Origin: Acidimicrobiia bacterium
GTDB taxonomy: Bacteria; Actinomycetota; Acidimicrobiia; Spongiisociales; ZC4RG35
Length of the DNA stretch: 64,000 bases
Assembly: GCA_050329555.1 (NCBI GenBank)
Contig: JBHJOQ010000036.1
Coordinates: forward strand, 13,962-77,961
Reading direction: 5' to 3'
The notes under the pieces are model-generated. The model saw only the letters and a program-made list of their open reading frames with translations, had not been told where the DNA came from and did no database searches. Numbering within the stretch: the first letter of the stretch is position 1; every line of letters begins with the position of its first letter. Shown here piece after piece: positions 1-9,879 of the stretch. The translations under genes were made by a program, and so were the position numbers.

Positions 1-1771
1 CGCTCTCATCCACCACGTTGGGAGTTGTCAGGAACCGAGGCGATGTCCACGACGACAAACCACAACGGCGCTGCACCTCGTCGATTCGCGCTGTGCTCGT
101 AACCGTGGCGTGATCGAGTCCGACCTCGGACTCCACCAAGAGCAGCGACGGGTTGCCGGCGTCGACGACGAAGACCACCAGGCCGGCAGCGTCGAAAGCG
201 TTCCGGCCTTCTCTCGTGACCACTTGTGCGACCTTTGAGGTCGTGACGGATCGGTTGAGCGCTTCGGAGATCAGCCGCCGGACATCGGCCTGCTCCCGAG
301 CGACGACCTCATCGGTGTGCGACTTCGCCCGCTGGGTGGCTTGTGCGGCTTGCGCGGCGAACAACTCGATGAGCTTCACGTCCTCGACGTCAGGCGCGCC
401 GGGATCGGCGAAGGCCAGCACCCAGGAACCGAGGACCTCGCTCCCGCGTCGCAGCGGTACGGTGACACATCGACCGAAGTGGGGGTCGGACAAGATCGGG
501 CTGTCAGGGAACCGCTCTTCCACCTCCTTCCGGCTGGACGCGACCTGGAGCGCACCGGATCGAACAGCCGTACATGCGATCGAGCGCCATTCGATCGGGA
601 TCAGGAGGCCGAGCCGTCCACCGATACCGGTGCCGCGCACGAACTCGAGGTTGCTCTTCGTCTCGTCGAGTAACGCGAGCCTGACCCCAACCGCCCCGAG
701 CAGCTCGTGGCTGCTGGCGACAATGACGTCGAGCACGCTGTCGAGCGAAAGCGCACCGGACAAGCGACTCGTGAAGTCGAGCAGTACCTCGAGACGTCGC
801 TTGCCCCGCAACTCGGAGTTCACGAGCCAGGCGCGCCGCAACGCCTGCTCGGTCAACGTCGCCAACGCCGACGCTGCGCGCAGCTCGGACGGCTCGAACT
901 CGTGCGCCTCCTCGAAACCGTAGCTGAGGGCGCCGACGAGCACCCCTTCAGCCAGCAAGGGGGCGATCGTCGCGCTGCGAATGCCCGATCTCGCCATCCA
1001 GTCGCAGACCAGGGGGTATTCGTGCTGCGACGTGGCGTGGTCGGCGATTACAAGCATCGCACCACCGGCGAGTTGCTGAAGTGCCGGGCTACGTTCGGGG
1101 ACCTCGATAACGGCCGGCACGGTCGATCCGTCGCCGGGATTGCCGGCACGCACGACCAATTGTCGCTCCTCGTCGAACAGCCACAAGGCGCATTGAGCGC
1201 CGCTGATTGACGCGCTCCCCTGCTGAGCGACGACCGTGACGATGTCGTCCACGGTGACCGCCGCCGCCATGCCGGAGGCGATGTCGTACATCACCTGAAG
1301 AAGAGCCTCCGACCGCACGGCCATTCGCTGCGCGTGAAGCAACTCGGATTCGTAACTACGACGCTCGGTTGCATCGAACACGATGATCTCGACGAGGCCG
1401 CCAGTGCTATCGAGTCGTTCGCGAAACCGGAAGTTGACCAAGGCCGACAGTCGGGTGCCGTCGCTCCGCACTACGTCGAGGGCGATCTCGGTCACCTCCT
1501 GGCGCAGGTGCAGCAGCGGGCGCAGGTGGGTGTCGAAGTAGATGCGTCCACCCGGCGCCAACAGGTCCTGGAATGTGCGCCGACCGATCAGGTCGGCGGG
1601 CGCGTAGCCGAGCCACTTCTCGAGCGTGCCGTTGAGCCACACGACAACACCAAGATCGTCTGTGATCACGAGGCCGAACGGTCCGTCATCCACCAGACGC
1701 GACAACACGTCGTCCTCCGGCCCGAACACGGAAAAGTCCGGCTCGCTCCCTGCGTCGGGCGATCCGCTCAT
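1..1771 (-). CDS. Multidomain PAS-GAF sensor protein, N-terminal about 590 aa only (gene continues past window start). Likely an RsbP-like PP2C phosphatase or similar signalling output. Partial.
   Basis: By-eye translation of the minus strand from ATG at 1771-1769 gives MSGSPDAGSEPDFSVFGPEDDVLSRLVDDGPFGLVITDDLGVVVWLNGTLEKWLGYAPADLIGRRTFQDLLAPGGRIYFDTHLRPLL..., which is PAS-like, followed by GAF-like repeats. No in-frame stop before position 1. The ORF track shows no full ORF because the stop lies outside the window. Its ATG overlaps the TGA of the upstream hydrolase (ATGA). Confidence 0.5.
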   Translation of the reverse strand, partial: MSGSPDAGSEPDFSVFGPEDDVLSRLVDDGPFGLVITDDLGVVVWLNGTLEKWLGYAPADLIGRRTFQDLLAPGGRIYFDTHLRPLLHLRQEVTEIALDVVRSDGTRLSALVNFRFRERLDSTGGLVEIIVFDATERRSYESELLHAQRMAVRSEALLQVMYDIASGMAAAVTVDDIVTVVAQQGSASISGAQCALWLFDEERQLVVRAGNPGDGSTVPAVIEVPERSPALQQLAGGAMLVIADHATSQHEYPLVCDWMARSGIRSATIAPLLAEGVLVGALSYGFEEAHEFEPSELRAASALATLTEQALRRAWLVNSELRGKRRLEVLLDFTSRLSGALSLDSVLDVIVASSHELLGAVGVRLALLDETKSNLEFVRGTGIGGRLGLLIPIEWRSIACTAVRSGALQVASSRKEVEERFPDSPILSDPHFGRCVTVPLRRGSEVLGSWVLAFADPGAPDVEDVKLIELFAAQAAQATQRAKSHTDEVVAREQADVRRLISEALNRSVTTSKVAQVVTREGRNAFDAAGLVVFVVDAGNPSLLLVESEVGLDHATVTSTARIDEVQRRCGLSSWTSPRFLTTPNVVDES

Positions 1772-2580
1772 GCCCGCGACCCGAGCTTCTCGAGAAAGAC
1801 CCGGATGGCCTCGGCCGTCTCCGCCGGGGCCGACAGGTTCGGGCAGTGGCCGGCCACGTCGAGCACCCTGAACTGGCTCCCCGGCACCTGCTGGTGAACG
1901 AAGGCGCCGACGGACTTGGGCGCGATCACGTCGTACTCGCATTGCAGCACGAGAGTCGGAACCGAGATATTCGGAAGGTCGGCCCGATTGTCGGACAGGA
2001 ATGTCACCCGGGCGAACTGGCGGGCGATGGCCGGGTCGATCCGGCAGAAGCTCGCCTCCAGCTCGTCGGCAAGTCCCGGACGGTCGAGGTTGCTCATGAT
2101 CACCGGTGCCATCGCTTGAGACCATCCGAGGTAGTTGCTGTCGAGCGAGTCCAGCAGCTCGTCGATATCGCTTCGCTGGAAGCCTCCGACGTAGTCGCCG
2201 TCATTGATGTAACGAGGCGAGGGGCCGACCATGACCAGCCCGGCAAAGAGCTCAGGGGCGGCGATCGTGGCCAACGCTCCGATCATCGCGCTCACCGAGT
2301 GGCCGACCAGGACCACATCGCGCAGGTCGAGCGCCTCGATGATCCGTATCACGTCGGTGGCGTAACGATCAAGCGAGCGGTACTCAACAGGGTCGTACAG
2401 CGACGCGTCGGAACGACCGCACCCGACGATGTCGAACAGCACGACTCGATAGTCGTCGGTGAACACCGGCGTGACGTGCCGCCACATCTGCTGGTCGCAA
2501 CCGAAGCCGTGGGCGAAGACAATGGGCTGACCGCCATCGTTGCCGAGCACGTGGACGTTGAGCTGTGTGAGCACCTCCAT
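1768..2580 (-). CDS. RsbQ / KAI2 / D14-family alpha/beta hydrolase
   Basis: 270-aa ORF with the GHSVSAMIG nucleophile elbow, an Asp in EYDVIAP and a His in AGHCPNL, giving a Ser-Asp-His triad. Length and motif spacing are typical of RsbQ/KAI2. It is translationally coupled to the downstream PAS gene. Confidence 0.85.
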   Translation of the reverse strand: MEVLTQLNVHVLGNDGGQPIVFAHGFGCDQQMWRHVTPVFTDDYRVVLFDIVGCGRSDASLYDPVEYRSLDRYATDVIRIIEALDLRDVVLVGHSVSAMIGALATIAAPELFAGLVMVGPSPRYINDGDYVGGFQRSDIDELLDSLDSNYLGWSQAMAPVIMSNLDRPGLADELEASFCRIDPAIARQFARVTFLSDNRADLPNISVPTLVLQCEYDVIAPKSVGAFVHQQVPGSQFRVLDVAGHCPNLSAPAETAEAIRVFLEKLGSRA

Positions 2581-2839
2581 GCTTCGAACTCTACGGCAAA
2601 TCCCCGACCCTTCGCGAGATCGGCCCGAGGCGCAGGATCAACCTATTGATGCTGAGGCCCCTCGCTGTCGACATCGGCTCCTCGGATGAGTCCTCGGCAA
2701 GGTCGTAAATGTCTGCAAAGTGGTGGAGCTCAGGTCCAGGCACTTCATCGGCGCGCTCCCCCGGCTGAACGTGCGCTTAATGACGGCGGCGCGCAACGGG
2801 ACGGAGGCCATCACGGCCGTGATCGCGAAAAGGCAGCGC

Positions 2840-4036
2840 TCAGCGAACGTAGGATGCCAGGTCACCGTTGGGGAAGACCTCGACTTCGTCCATTTCGAGC
2901 CACGACGCCACCTTCTCCAACTCCCTCATCAGTTCGGAACCGACACGGGTCCGGTCTATCCCGCTCTCGCCGAACGAGCCTTTGACCAGCAGTCGGCGCA
3001 ACTTGCGATCGCTCTTCAAGTCGACCCGGGCCACCAGGTCACCGTCGAGGAGGAACGGGAGCACGTAGTAACCGTGGACTCGCTTCGCCTCCGGAACGTA
3101 GATCTCGATCCGGTAGAAGAAGTCCCAGAGACGCTCCGTCCGCTCGCGGTACCAGACAAGGCTGTCGAAGGGAGAAAGCAAGGCGGTGCCACGCGCCTGC
3201 TTCGGCAAATTGGCATCAGGGTGTAGGTAGGCGGTGTGGTCCCACCCTTTCACCACGACCTCTTCGAGGCGGCCTTGGCTGGCCAGGTCGGCGATTGCAG
3301 TCCTTCCGGCCTTGACCCCTTCCCGGCGCAGGTTGAGTCGGGGATAGTCGATGAGGTCCTTGATCGTTGCCACGCCCATGTGGCGGGCTGCGTTGAGGAT
3401 CAATATGGGGATTGCCTCTTCCTCGGTTAGATCCGGGGGCCCGAGGTGCTCTGCGTCGATGACCCGATCGGTCAGGTCGTACATCCTGGTGAAGTTGGGC
3501 CGTTTCGCGGTGGTGATGGCGCCCTGGGCGAAGAGTGCCTCGAGTGCAATCTTCCCCGGGGCCCAGCCCCACATGGCGTTGCCGTCACGAACTCCTGGAT
3601 CCGTGAGGTCGGAGGTCTTCAGCGGCCCGACGGTCCTCACCTGTTCGAGGACGTCTTCGACGTAATCCGGCTGGTGCTTCTGGATTTCGACGAATTTCTC
3701 CCAGCGCAGCTCCCGTTTCATCAGCCAGCGCCACAGGCGGTGATCCTCGACCGGGATGAGAGACGCCTCATGGGCCCAGTACTCGAACATCTCCCCCGAC
3801 CCCCACAGATAACGGTCGAGTGCATCCCGGTCGTAAGGGCCGAGGCGGGAGAAGAAGGGCATGTAGTGGGTGCGACTGAACACGTTGACCGAATCGAGCT
3901 GGACGATCCCCACGTGTCTGATCACTTTCCGGAAGTGCCTGACATCGATACTCCCGGTCGGGCGCGAGTCGTTAAATCCCTGGGCGGCAAGGGCGAATCG
4001 CCTCGCCTGATCGTTGGTCAGTTGCCGCATCGGCAC
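2840..4036 (-). CDS. Winged-helix DNA-binding protein of the YcaQ/AlkZ-like (DUF1006) family, a putative interstrand-crosslink DNA glycosylase
   Basis: 398-aa ORF. Size and overall pattern recall the YcaQ family. This is a family-level recall only. Confidence 0.55.
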   Translation of the reverse strand: MPMRQLTNDQARRFALAAQGFNDSRPTGSIDVRHFRKVIRHVGIVQLDSVNVFSRTHYMPFFSRLGPYDRDALDRYLWGSGEMFEYWAHEASLIPVEDHRLWRWLMKRELRWEKFVEIQKHQPDYVEDVLEQVRTVGPLKTSDLTDPGVRDGNAMWGWAPGKIALEALFAQGAITTAKRPNFTRMYDLTDRVIDAEHLGPPDLTEEEAIPILILNAARHMGVATIKDLIDYPRLNLRREGVKAGRTAIADLASQGRLEEVVVKGWDHTAYLHPDANLPKQARGTALLSPFDSLVWYRERTERLWDFFYRIEIYVPEAKRVHGYYVLPFLLDGDLVARVDLKSDRKLRRLLVKGSFGESGIDRTRVGSELMRELEKVASWLEMDEVEVFPNGDLASYVR

Positions 4037-4158
4037 GTGAATTTAGACGGCATCGGGGACAACTGCTGTCCGGTATTCAAACACCGGAGCCTTCCATCGT
4101 CTCAAGCGAGGGACACTAACTGCGTTGTGTCCCTCCCGACCTGCCATCATCCCAACCT

Positions 4159-5460
4159 GTGATTGAGCGTTACACCCTTGCCGAGATGGGCGACATCTGG
4201 GATGAGCAGCGCAAGCTCGAGGTCTGGAAGGATGTCGAGGTCCTCGCCCTGGAGGCCTGGCACCGCCTGGGGAAGGTTCCCGATGGCATCGCCGGAGCGG
4301 CCCGAGACGCCGCCACTCCCACGCCTGAAGAGGTGGCCGAGCGGGAAGCCGTCACCAACCACGATCTGGCGGCCTTCGTCGATCTCCTCGGGGCTAATGC
4401 CGGAGGCGATGCCGCCGGATGGGTCCATTACGGCCTGACCTCATCGGATGTGCTCGACACCGCCGGAGGTGTCCTACTCAAGGAGGCGAGTGCGGTGCTC
4501 CTGGCACGCCTCGGTGGATTGTTCAAGGTCGTGAAGGCTAAGGCCGGGGAGCACGAACAGACCTACATGATTGGACGGACCCACGGGATTTGGGCCGAAC
4601 CGACCTCCTTCGGGTTGAAGCTGGCGGGCTGGGCCTTCGAACTGGAGCGCGACTTCCGTCGCATGCAGGCTGCAGCGGAGTCGGTATCTGTAGGCAAGAT
4701 CTCAGGTGCGGTCGGCACATATGCCCAGGTGCCACCTGAAGTCGAAGCCCACGTCTGTGAGCAACTCGGTCTCGCCATCGAGCCGGCATCGACCCAGGTC
4801 ACGGCGAGGGACCGCCACGCCCAGTGGCTGCAGACCATCGCATTGGTCGGCGCTTCGATCGAGCGGATGGCAACCGAGATCCGCCATCTGCAGCGCTCCG
4901 AAGTCGGCGAAGTGCAGGAGGCTTTCGGAAGAGGCCAGAAGGGCTCTTCGGCGATGCCTCACAAGCGGAACCCGATTCTCTCCGAGCGGATGACCGGGAT
5001 GGCCCGGTTGCTGCGCGGATATGCCCAGGTGGGCTTGGAAAACGTGGCGCTCTGGCATGAGCGTGACATCAGCCACTCATCGGCGGAACGCGTCGTGCTC
5101 CCGGACGCCTCGATCGCCCTCCACTACATGCTGGTCAAGTTCACCGGCCTGGTGGAGGACCTGGTGGTTGAGGGTGAGCGAATGGCATCCAACCTGGAAA
5201 GCACCCGCGGCCTTGTCTTCAGCCAGCCGGTTCTGTTGGCTCTGGTCGAGGTGGGAATGACTCGTGACGAGGCCTACCGGATCGTGCAACGCAACGCCAT
5301 GGCCGCATGGGGAGGCGACGGCCATCTCCGCGATCTGCTTGCTGCCGACCCCGAGGTGACCCTCGACGAGCAGACCCTGTCCGGCTGCTTCGACCTGACC
5401 CGGGTCCACAACTCCTCCAAGGTGGTCTTCGAGCGACTGGACAAGCTCACGCTCGACTGA
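4159..5460 (+). CDS. purB: Adenylosuccinate lyase
   Basis: 433 aa with the fumarate-lyase signature GSSAMPHKRNP. GTG start. Confidence 0.95.
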   Translation: MIERYTLAEMGDIWDEQRKLEVWKDVEVLALEAWHRLGKVPDGIAGAARDAATPTPEEVAEREAVTNHDLAAFVDLLGANAGGDAAGWVHYGLTSSDVLDTAGGVLLKEASAVLLARLGGLFKVVKAKAGEHEQTYMIGRTHGIWAEPTSFGLKLAGWAFELERDFRRMQAAAESVSVGKISGAVGTYAQVPPEVEAHVCEQLGLAIEPASTQVTARDRHAQWLQTIALVGASIERMATEIRHLQRSEVGEVQEAFGRGQKGSSAMPHKRNPILSERMTGMARLLRGYAQVGLENVALWHERDISHSSAERVVLPDASIALHYMLVKFTGLVEDLVVEGERMASNLESTRGLVFSQPVLLALVEVGMTRDEAYRIVQRNAMAAWGGDGHLRDLLAADPEVTLDEQTLSGCFDLTRVHNSSKVVFERLDKLTLD

Positions 5461-5478
5461 GCTGGATGTCGTCGACCG

Positions 5479-5740
5479 TTCTGTGTCAAAAACGCGCACA
5501 CCGTTTGTACGCGAATCGACACAGAAGGATCGGGCGGCGCAAGCTATCCCATTCTGTGTCGATTTGGGACACCACAGCCTGACACCGATCGACACAGAAG
5601 GGCCTGGGTTGTGGTCGTTCTACCCTGTCGCCATGGCAAAGTATCCGCCGTCGCCGCGCCACGCCTCCCACGGCAGGCCACAGCCTGACACTCTTCTGTG
5701 TCGCGAAAAGTCCGCATACAGAGTAAAAACCGACACAGAA
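5479..5740. repeat. Cluster of three REP/BIME-like palindromic units (TTCTGTGTC-N-GACACAGAA) between the convergent purB and ABC permease genes
   Basis: Units at 5479-5528, 5552-5599 and 5694-5740. Each is an imperfect palindrome with conserved arms TTCTGTGTCGAT / ATCGACACAGAA. The shared internal motif CCACAGCCTGACAC occurs at 5572-5585 and 5678-5691. Confidence 0.8.
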
Positions 5741-5744
5741 CGGT

Positions 5745-8528
5745 TCAGGTGGCCCTTCTCGGCGGGGTCACCGGTGCAGAGCGGACCGACACCAGGGTGA
5801 GCAGGCCGATCACGATGGGGAGGAGCACGGCGAAGGGCACCAACCAGGTCCAGGGCACTACCACCAACGAGGAGTCGACGACTCCAAACGGACCGGCAGA
5901 GATTTGGGTCTGGGCCGAGCTGAACACCCAGACCAGTCCGAGTCCGAGGGGGACGGCGAGCGCCATCGCCACCAAGGTCTGATAGCCCGTGAGGAGTCCG
6001 AGGAAACGGCGCCGTATCGACCCCGGCGCCCCGACCGCGACGATGGTCCGCACCTCGTGGTCGACCTCAGCTGCGGATACCGCAGTCACCAGGGCGACGA
6101 CGATGAGCACCACGACCAGCGTCGCCGCACCCACGAGGAGATAGCTCGTTGCCTCGTCGAGACCGCCGTAGCCGCCATCGATACTGAGATTGGTCGACCA
6201 CATCCTGGACCACTCGTCGTCGGTCATCGGCCGCTCGAGGCTGAAAAGGGCGATCGGCCGTGTGTCGTTGTCAGCGAATTCAAGCGCCACCGACTCGGGA
6301 ATGACCACCCTGGGCATGCTCCCCTGCACGACCGCCACCGGGTACTCCTGCGCCGGGTACTCGAGACCGTTGATCTCGACTCTGGTGGGCTGCTCCTCGA
6401 TACCGAGGACGACAATCTCGCCCTGGTCGATCGCCTGCGCCACATCCGCGTCGCCCAGTACCCGCACCAGATCATCGTTGGCGACCGCGACGCTGTGACC
6501 GTCGGGCAATTGCTGGTTCACCGCCTGGTCCCCGCTCCCCGAGTCCCTGACGTCGAGGATGGCGTCGGTGGTGACGAACAGGTCGAGGGTGTCGAAGATG
6601 GCCACGTCGTCGTCGGGGATGATCGCGGCAAGGGCAGCCATGTCGTTCTCGGTGATCGGGTTTGGCCCGCCGTAATTCACGTTCTCGTAGCTACCGCTGA
6701 GGACTACATGGTCCGCTGGTGACGGCAGCCCGTAGACGAGGTCTTTCTCCGCCGTCGTAGCCGAGGTGATCATCGCGGTCACGGGGGCAAGAAGGATCAC
6801 CATGATCGCCGCCACGGCCACCGCCGACCTGGTTCGGTTCCGGCCCGAGTCCCGGAGCACGAGGCGGCTGGTGGCCGGCACCTTGTCGGAGAGCCTGGCC
6901 ACGCCGGCGAGGATCGGGCTGGACAGCATCGCCACCCCGCCAACCACCGCCGTAGCCCCGACGCCGACGAGCAAACCGGCGTAGTTGCTCACCGAGGCCG
7001 GGGAGACCGAGATGAGTAGCCCACCGACCGCCGCGAGACCAACACCACCAGGTATTACCCACCTCCGGGGCGACATTGCCGGCATTCGCCCCTGGAGTGC
7101 CGTGATGGTCGGGACTTTGGATGCGGTCCGGGCGGGAATCAGGACCGCCAACAGGACTGCGACCAGGGCCACCAGCACCGGACCGAGCACATCGGTCAAC
7201 GTCACCCCGACCCCGGTGATCACCCGCGAGACGAAGCGCTGCAGGATCGGTCGGGCCAGAAACATGATTGCGATTCCCAGGACGACTCCCAGCCCCGCGC
7301 CGACGGCGCCGATGGTGAGGCCCTCGCCGACCACCGTGGAGCGGACGTGCTTCTCGGAGGCGCCGTTGGCTCCCATCAGCCCGATCTCGCGAAGACGCCG
7401 ACGCGTGCCGGCGGCGAAAGCCGCTCCCGTGATGAAGGCGACTTCGACCAATACGATGGCGGCGGCCGCGGTCGAGGCGACGACCGGATTTTCCTCGAAC
7501 ACCCCGCCCTGGTTGAGCCATTGGGTCCGGGTCTCTACATAGACATCCGGCAACCCGCGGTAGTCCCCGCCGCCGTAGATCATCTGGAAGCTGGCGTTGT
7601 AGACGATCTCCTCGATCGATTCCCCGGGGCCTGGCTCAGTGTTACTGACCAGCTCGACCAGCTGGTCGACGTCGCTTTCGGTGAGCAGTAGGTAGGTGTA
7701 GGGGTCACCCTCCAGGAACGAGAGCTCAGGAGGCAGCGGATTGATTGCGGGCTCCGGCCAGAACTGCTGCTGGCCTTCGCTGTACCAGAGGTCGTTGATC
7801 TGCCAGGCCGCCTCCTCGGCCCCGGGGCCGGACACGAGAAGACTCGGCTCGGGGAGCAACTCGGGATCGCCGACCAGGGACTCAAGGGCACCGGGACTCA
7901 GGAGGATGACCGTGCCCTGGTGGAAGAAGGGCTCACTAACCAGCCCAACGATCGTTTGGTCGCCATAAGGGAGCTGGTCGAAGGCGACTGTGTCGCCGAC
8001 CTCGACCTCCATCGCCTCGGCGAGGGCCGGGGAAATGGCTACCTCATTGTCGGCGTCGGGGAGTTCACCACCGACGTGGACCAGGAAACCCTCTGTTGCG
8101 GGCGCAGTCGTGTCCAAATCCCAGACGGTGGCGTATCCGGCATCTTCGATCCTGATCCCGGCTTGGCGGAGTTCGGTGATCGTTGCCTCAGGGGCCAACT
8201 CGCGCAGGTTCTCCTCAATCCATTCGTAGACATCTCCGGTCGGCGAGAACACCTGAAGTCTTGCATCTGCATTCCCGAAATAGGTCTGAGCAGTCTCCTC
8301 CGGGGTGAGGCTGCTCGCCCGGACCATTCCCGCCACGACCACACCGAACGCGACCGGGACGGCAACGAGGAGAACCAAGAAGATCGTCCGCTTCCGGTTC
8401 CGCGTCGCGTTCTTCATCGCCACCTTGTAGGCGGCGCCGCGTCCACTCATGACTGTCCGCTCATTGGATGTCGGCGGTCGTGAGCGGGGTTTTGGTCCGC
8501 TCGGAGATACCTTCGATGCGGCCGTCAC
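5745..8528 (-). CDS. ABC transporter permease, FtsX/MacB-like with a duplicated FtsX domain. True start probably MSGRG at about 8450.
   Basis: 927-aa ORF with multiple transmembrane blocks and large extracytoplasmic loops. It lies immediately downstream of the ATPase. Confidence 0.85.
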   Translation of the reverse strand: MTAASKVSPSGPKPRSRPPTSNERTVMSGRGAAYKVAMKNATRNRKRTIFLVLLVAVPVAFGVVVAGMVRASSLTPEETAQTYFGNADARLQVFSPTGDVYEWIEENLRELAPEATITELRQAGIRIEDAGYATVWDLDTTAPATEGFLVHVGGELPDADNEVAISPALAEAMEVEVGDTVAFDQLPYGDQTIVGLVSEPFFHQGTVILLSPGALESLVGDPELLPEPSLLVSGPGAEEAAWQINDLWYSEGQQQFWPEPAINPLPPELSFLEGDPYTYLLLTESDVDQLVELVSNTEPGPGESIEEIVYNASFQMIYGGGDYRGLPDVYVETRTQWLNQGGVFEENPVVASTAAAAIVLVEVAFITGAAFAAGTRRRLREIGLMGANGASEKHVRSTVVGEGLTIGAVGAGLGVVLGIAIMFLARPILQRFVSRVITGVGVTLTDVLGPVLVALVAVLLAVLIPARTASKVPTITALQGRMPAMSPRRWVIPGGVGLAAVGGLLISVSPASVSNYAGLLVGVGATAVVGGVAMLSSPILAGVARLSDKVPATSRLVLRDSGRNRTRSAVAVAAIMVILLAPVTAMITSATTAEKDLVYGLPSPADHVVLSGSYENVNYGGPNPITENDMAALAAIIPDDDVAIFDTLDLFVTTDAILDVRDSGSGDQAVNQQLPDGHSVAVANDDLVRVLGDADVAQAIDQGEIVVLGIEEQPTRVEINGLEYPAQEYPVAVVQGSMPRVVIPESVALEFADNDTRPIALFSLERPMTDDEWSRMWSTNLSIDGGYGGLDEATSYLLVGAATLVVVLIVVALVTAVSAAEVDHEVRTIVAVGAPGSIRRRFLGLLTGYQTLVAMALAVPLGLGLVWVFSSAQTQISAGPFGVVDSSLVVVPWTWLVPFAVLLPIVIGLLTLVSVRSAPVTPPRRAT

Positions 8529-9181
8529 GCAACCGCACCACCCGGTCGGCCCAGGCGGCGTAGGCGGGCTCGTGGGTCACCATCAGTGCGGCTGCTCCGG
8601 CGTCGCACCGGCTCCGCAGCAGCTTGAGGATCGACTCGCTGGTGGCCTCGTCCAACGCTCCTGTGGGTTCGTCGGCGAGGAGGACCGAGCGGGAGCCGAC
8701 CAAGCCGCGGGCGATGGCAACCCTCTGCTGTTCGCCACCGGAAAGCTGGTCGGGGTAGCGGTCGGCCATGCCCGCCATTTCCACCTCCTCCAGCGCCTTC
8801 TCCGCGAGGGCTCGGGCCCCGGCCGGCTTCATCCCGTCGAGCTCGAGCGGAAGCGAGATGTTCTCGGCCGCGGTGAGAGACGGGAGCAGATTGAACTGCT
8901 GGAACACATAGCCAACCGCGACACGGCGCACCCGAGCAAGGTCGTTCTTCGACATCGTCGCCAGGTTTTCGCCTGCAACGATCACCTCGCCGGAAGTAGG
9001 TTCGTCGAGGGCGCCGGCCATATTCAGCAGCGTGGTCTTGCCCGAGCCGGAACGGCCAGTGACGGCAATGAGCTCGCCTGGCATCAGATCGAGGTCGACG
9101 TTGACCAGGGCGTCGACACGTTGGGCACCCGACCCGTGGGTCTTCCCCAGTCGGCGCATGGAAAGGATCGGTTCGGTCATC
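8461..9181 (-). CDS. ABC transporter ATP-binding protein (MacB/LolD-like)
   Basis: Walker A GRSGSGKTT, ABC signature LSGGEQQRVAIARGL and Walker B LLADEPTGALD. Start MTEPILSMRRL at 9181 overlaps the PadR stop (ATGA). Confidence 0.9.
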
Positions 9182-9749
9182 GGTCCACATCCACTGGGTC
9201 GGTTTTCATCGATTCGGTCAAATCCGTCGGTTGGAAGGGGGGCATCAGGTCGAGGCGAGCTTCGACCCGCTCCAGCCAACGCAGCTCGGCCTCAGCGCTG
9301 AGGATGAGCCGGTCGAGATAGAGCTGCCAGGCGAGGTCGTCGTTGGAGTCGCCGGCTTTGAGGGTCGTGAAATCCTGGAGGATCGTCATCGTCGCCCCCC
9401 GCTGTCGCTCGACGACCCGCCTCGGATCGATGGCACCGGACACCACCGCCATGAGCACCTTCAACGAAATTTCGTCTCTCCCCGCCGCAGCCAGGTCGAC
9501 CGGTGCCGCCAGCCACATTGCCACACCCTCACGACCGAGATCGGTCAGCGTGTAGACGACCCGTCCGTCACCGTTCGATTCGGTGCTCTCGACCAAGCCA
9601 TCTCGCTCCAGCCGTTGCAAGGTGGTGTACACCTGGCCGATATTGACCTGCCAGGTGTCGCCGGTCGTGGCCTCCAGGTCCGATTTCAGCTGGTAGCCGT
9701 GGGCGTCACCCTTGACCAGCAGGCAGAGCAACCCTTCCTTGAGCCCCAT
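9177..9749 (-). CDS. PadR-family transcriptional regulator
   Basis: 190 aa with an N-terminal winged-helix-turn-helix region (LLCLLVKGDAHGYQL...VYTTLQRLERDGLV). First gene of the PadR-ABC operon. Confidence 0.85.
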   Translation of the reverse strand: MGLKEGLLCLLVKGDAHGYQLKSDLEATTGDTWQVNIGQVYTTLQRLERDGLVESTESNGDGRVVYTLTDLGREGVAMWLAAPVDLAAAGRDEISLKVLMAVVSGAIDPRRVVERQRGATMTILQDFTTLKAGDSNDDLAWQLYLDRLILSAEAELRWLERVEARLDLMPPFQPTDLTESMKTDPVDVDR

Positions 9750-9879
9750 CCAGAACGCCTTTCGTTATACATACTCAGTATATGTGGACTGTACATACCC
9801 GGTATGCATCTGTCAAGACGTCTCGGCAAACCCGTGACGTTGGAGCTTCTCGGCCTGCCGAGAACTCCGCTCAACCGGG

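Noticed and set aside
5483-5800. Small plus-strand ORFs (105 aa and others) overlying the palindromic repeat cluster
   Set aside because: Their reading frames are generated by the repeat units themselves. The translations are low-complexity.
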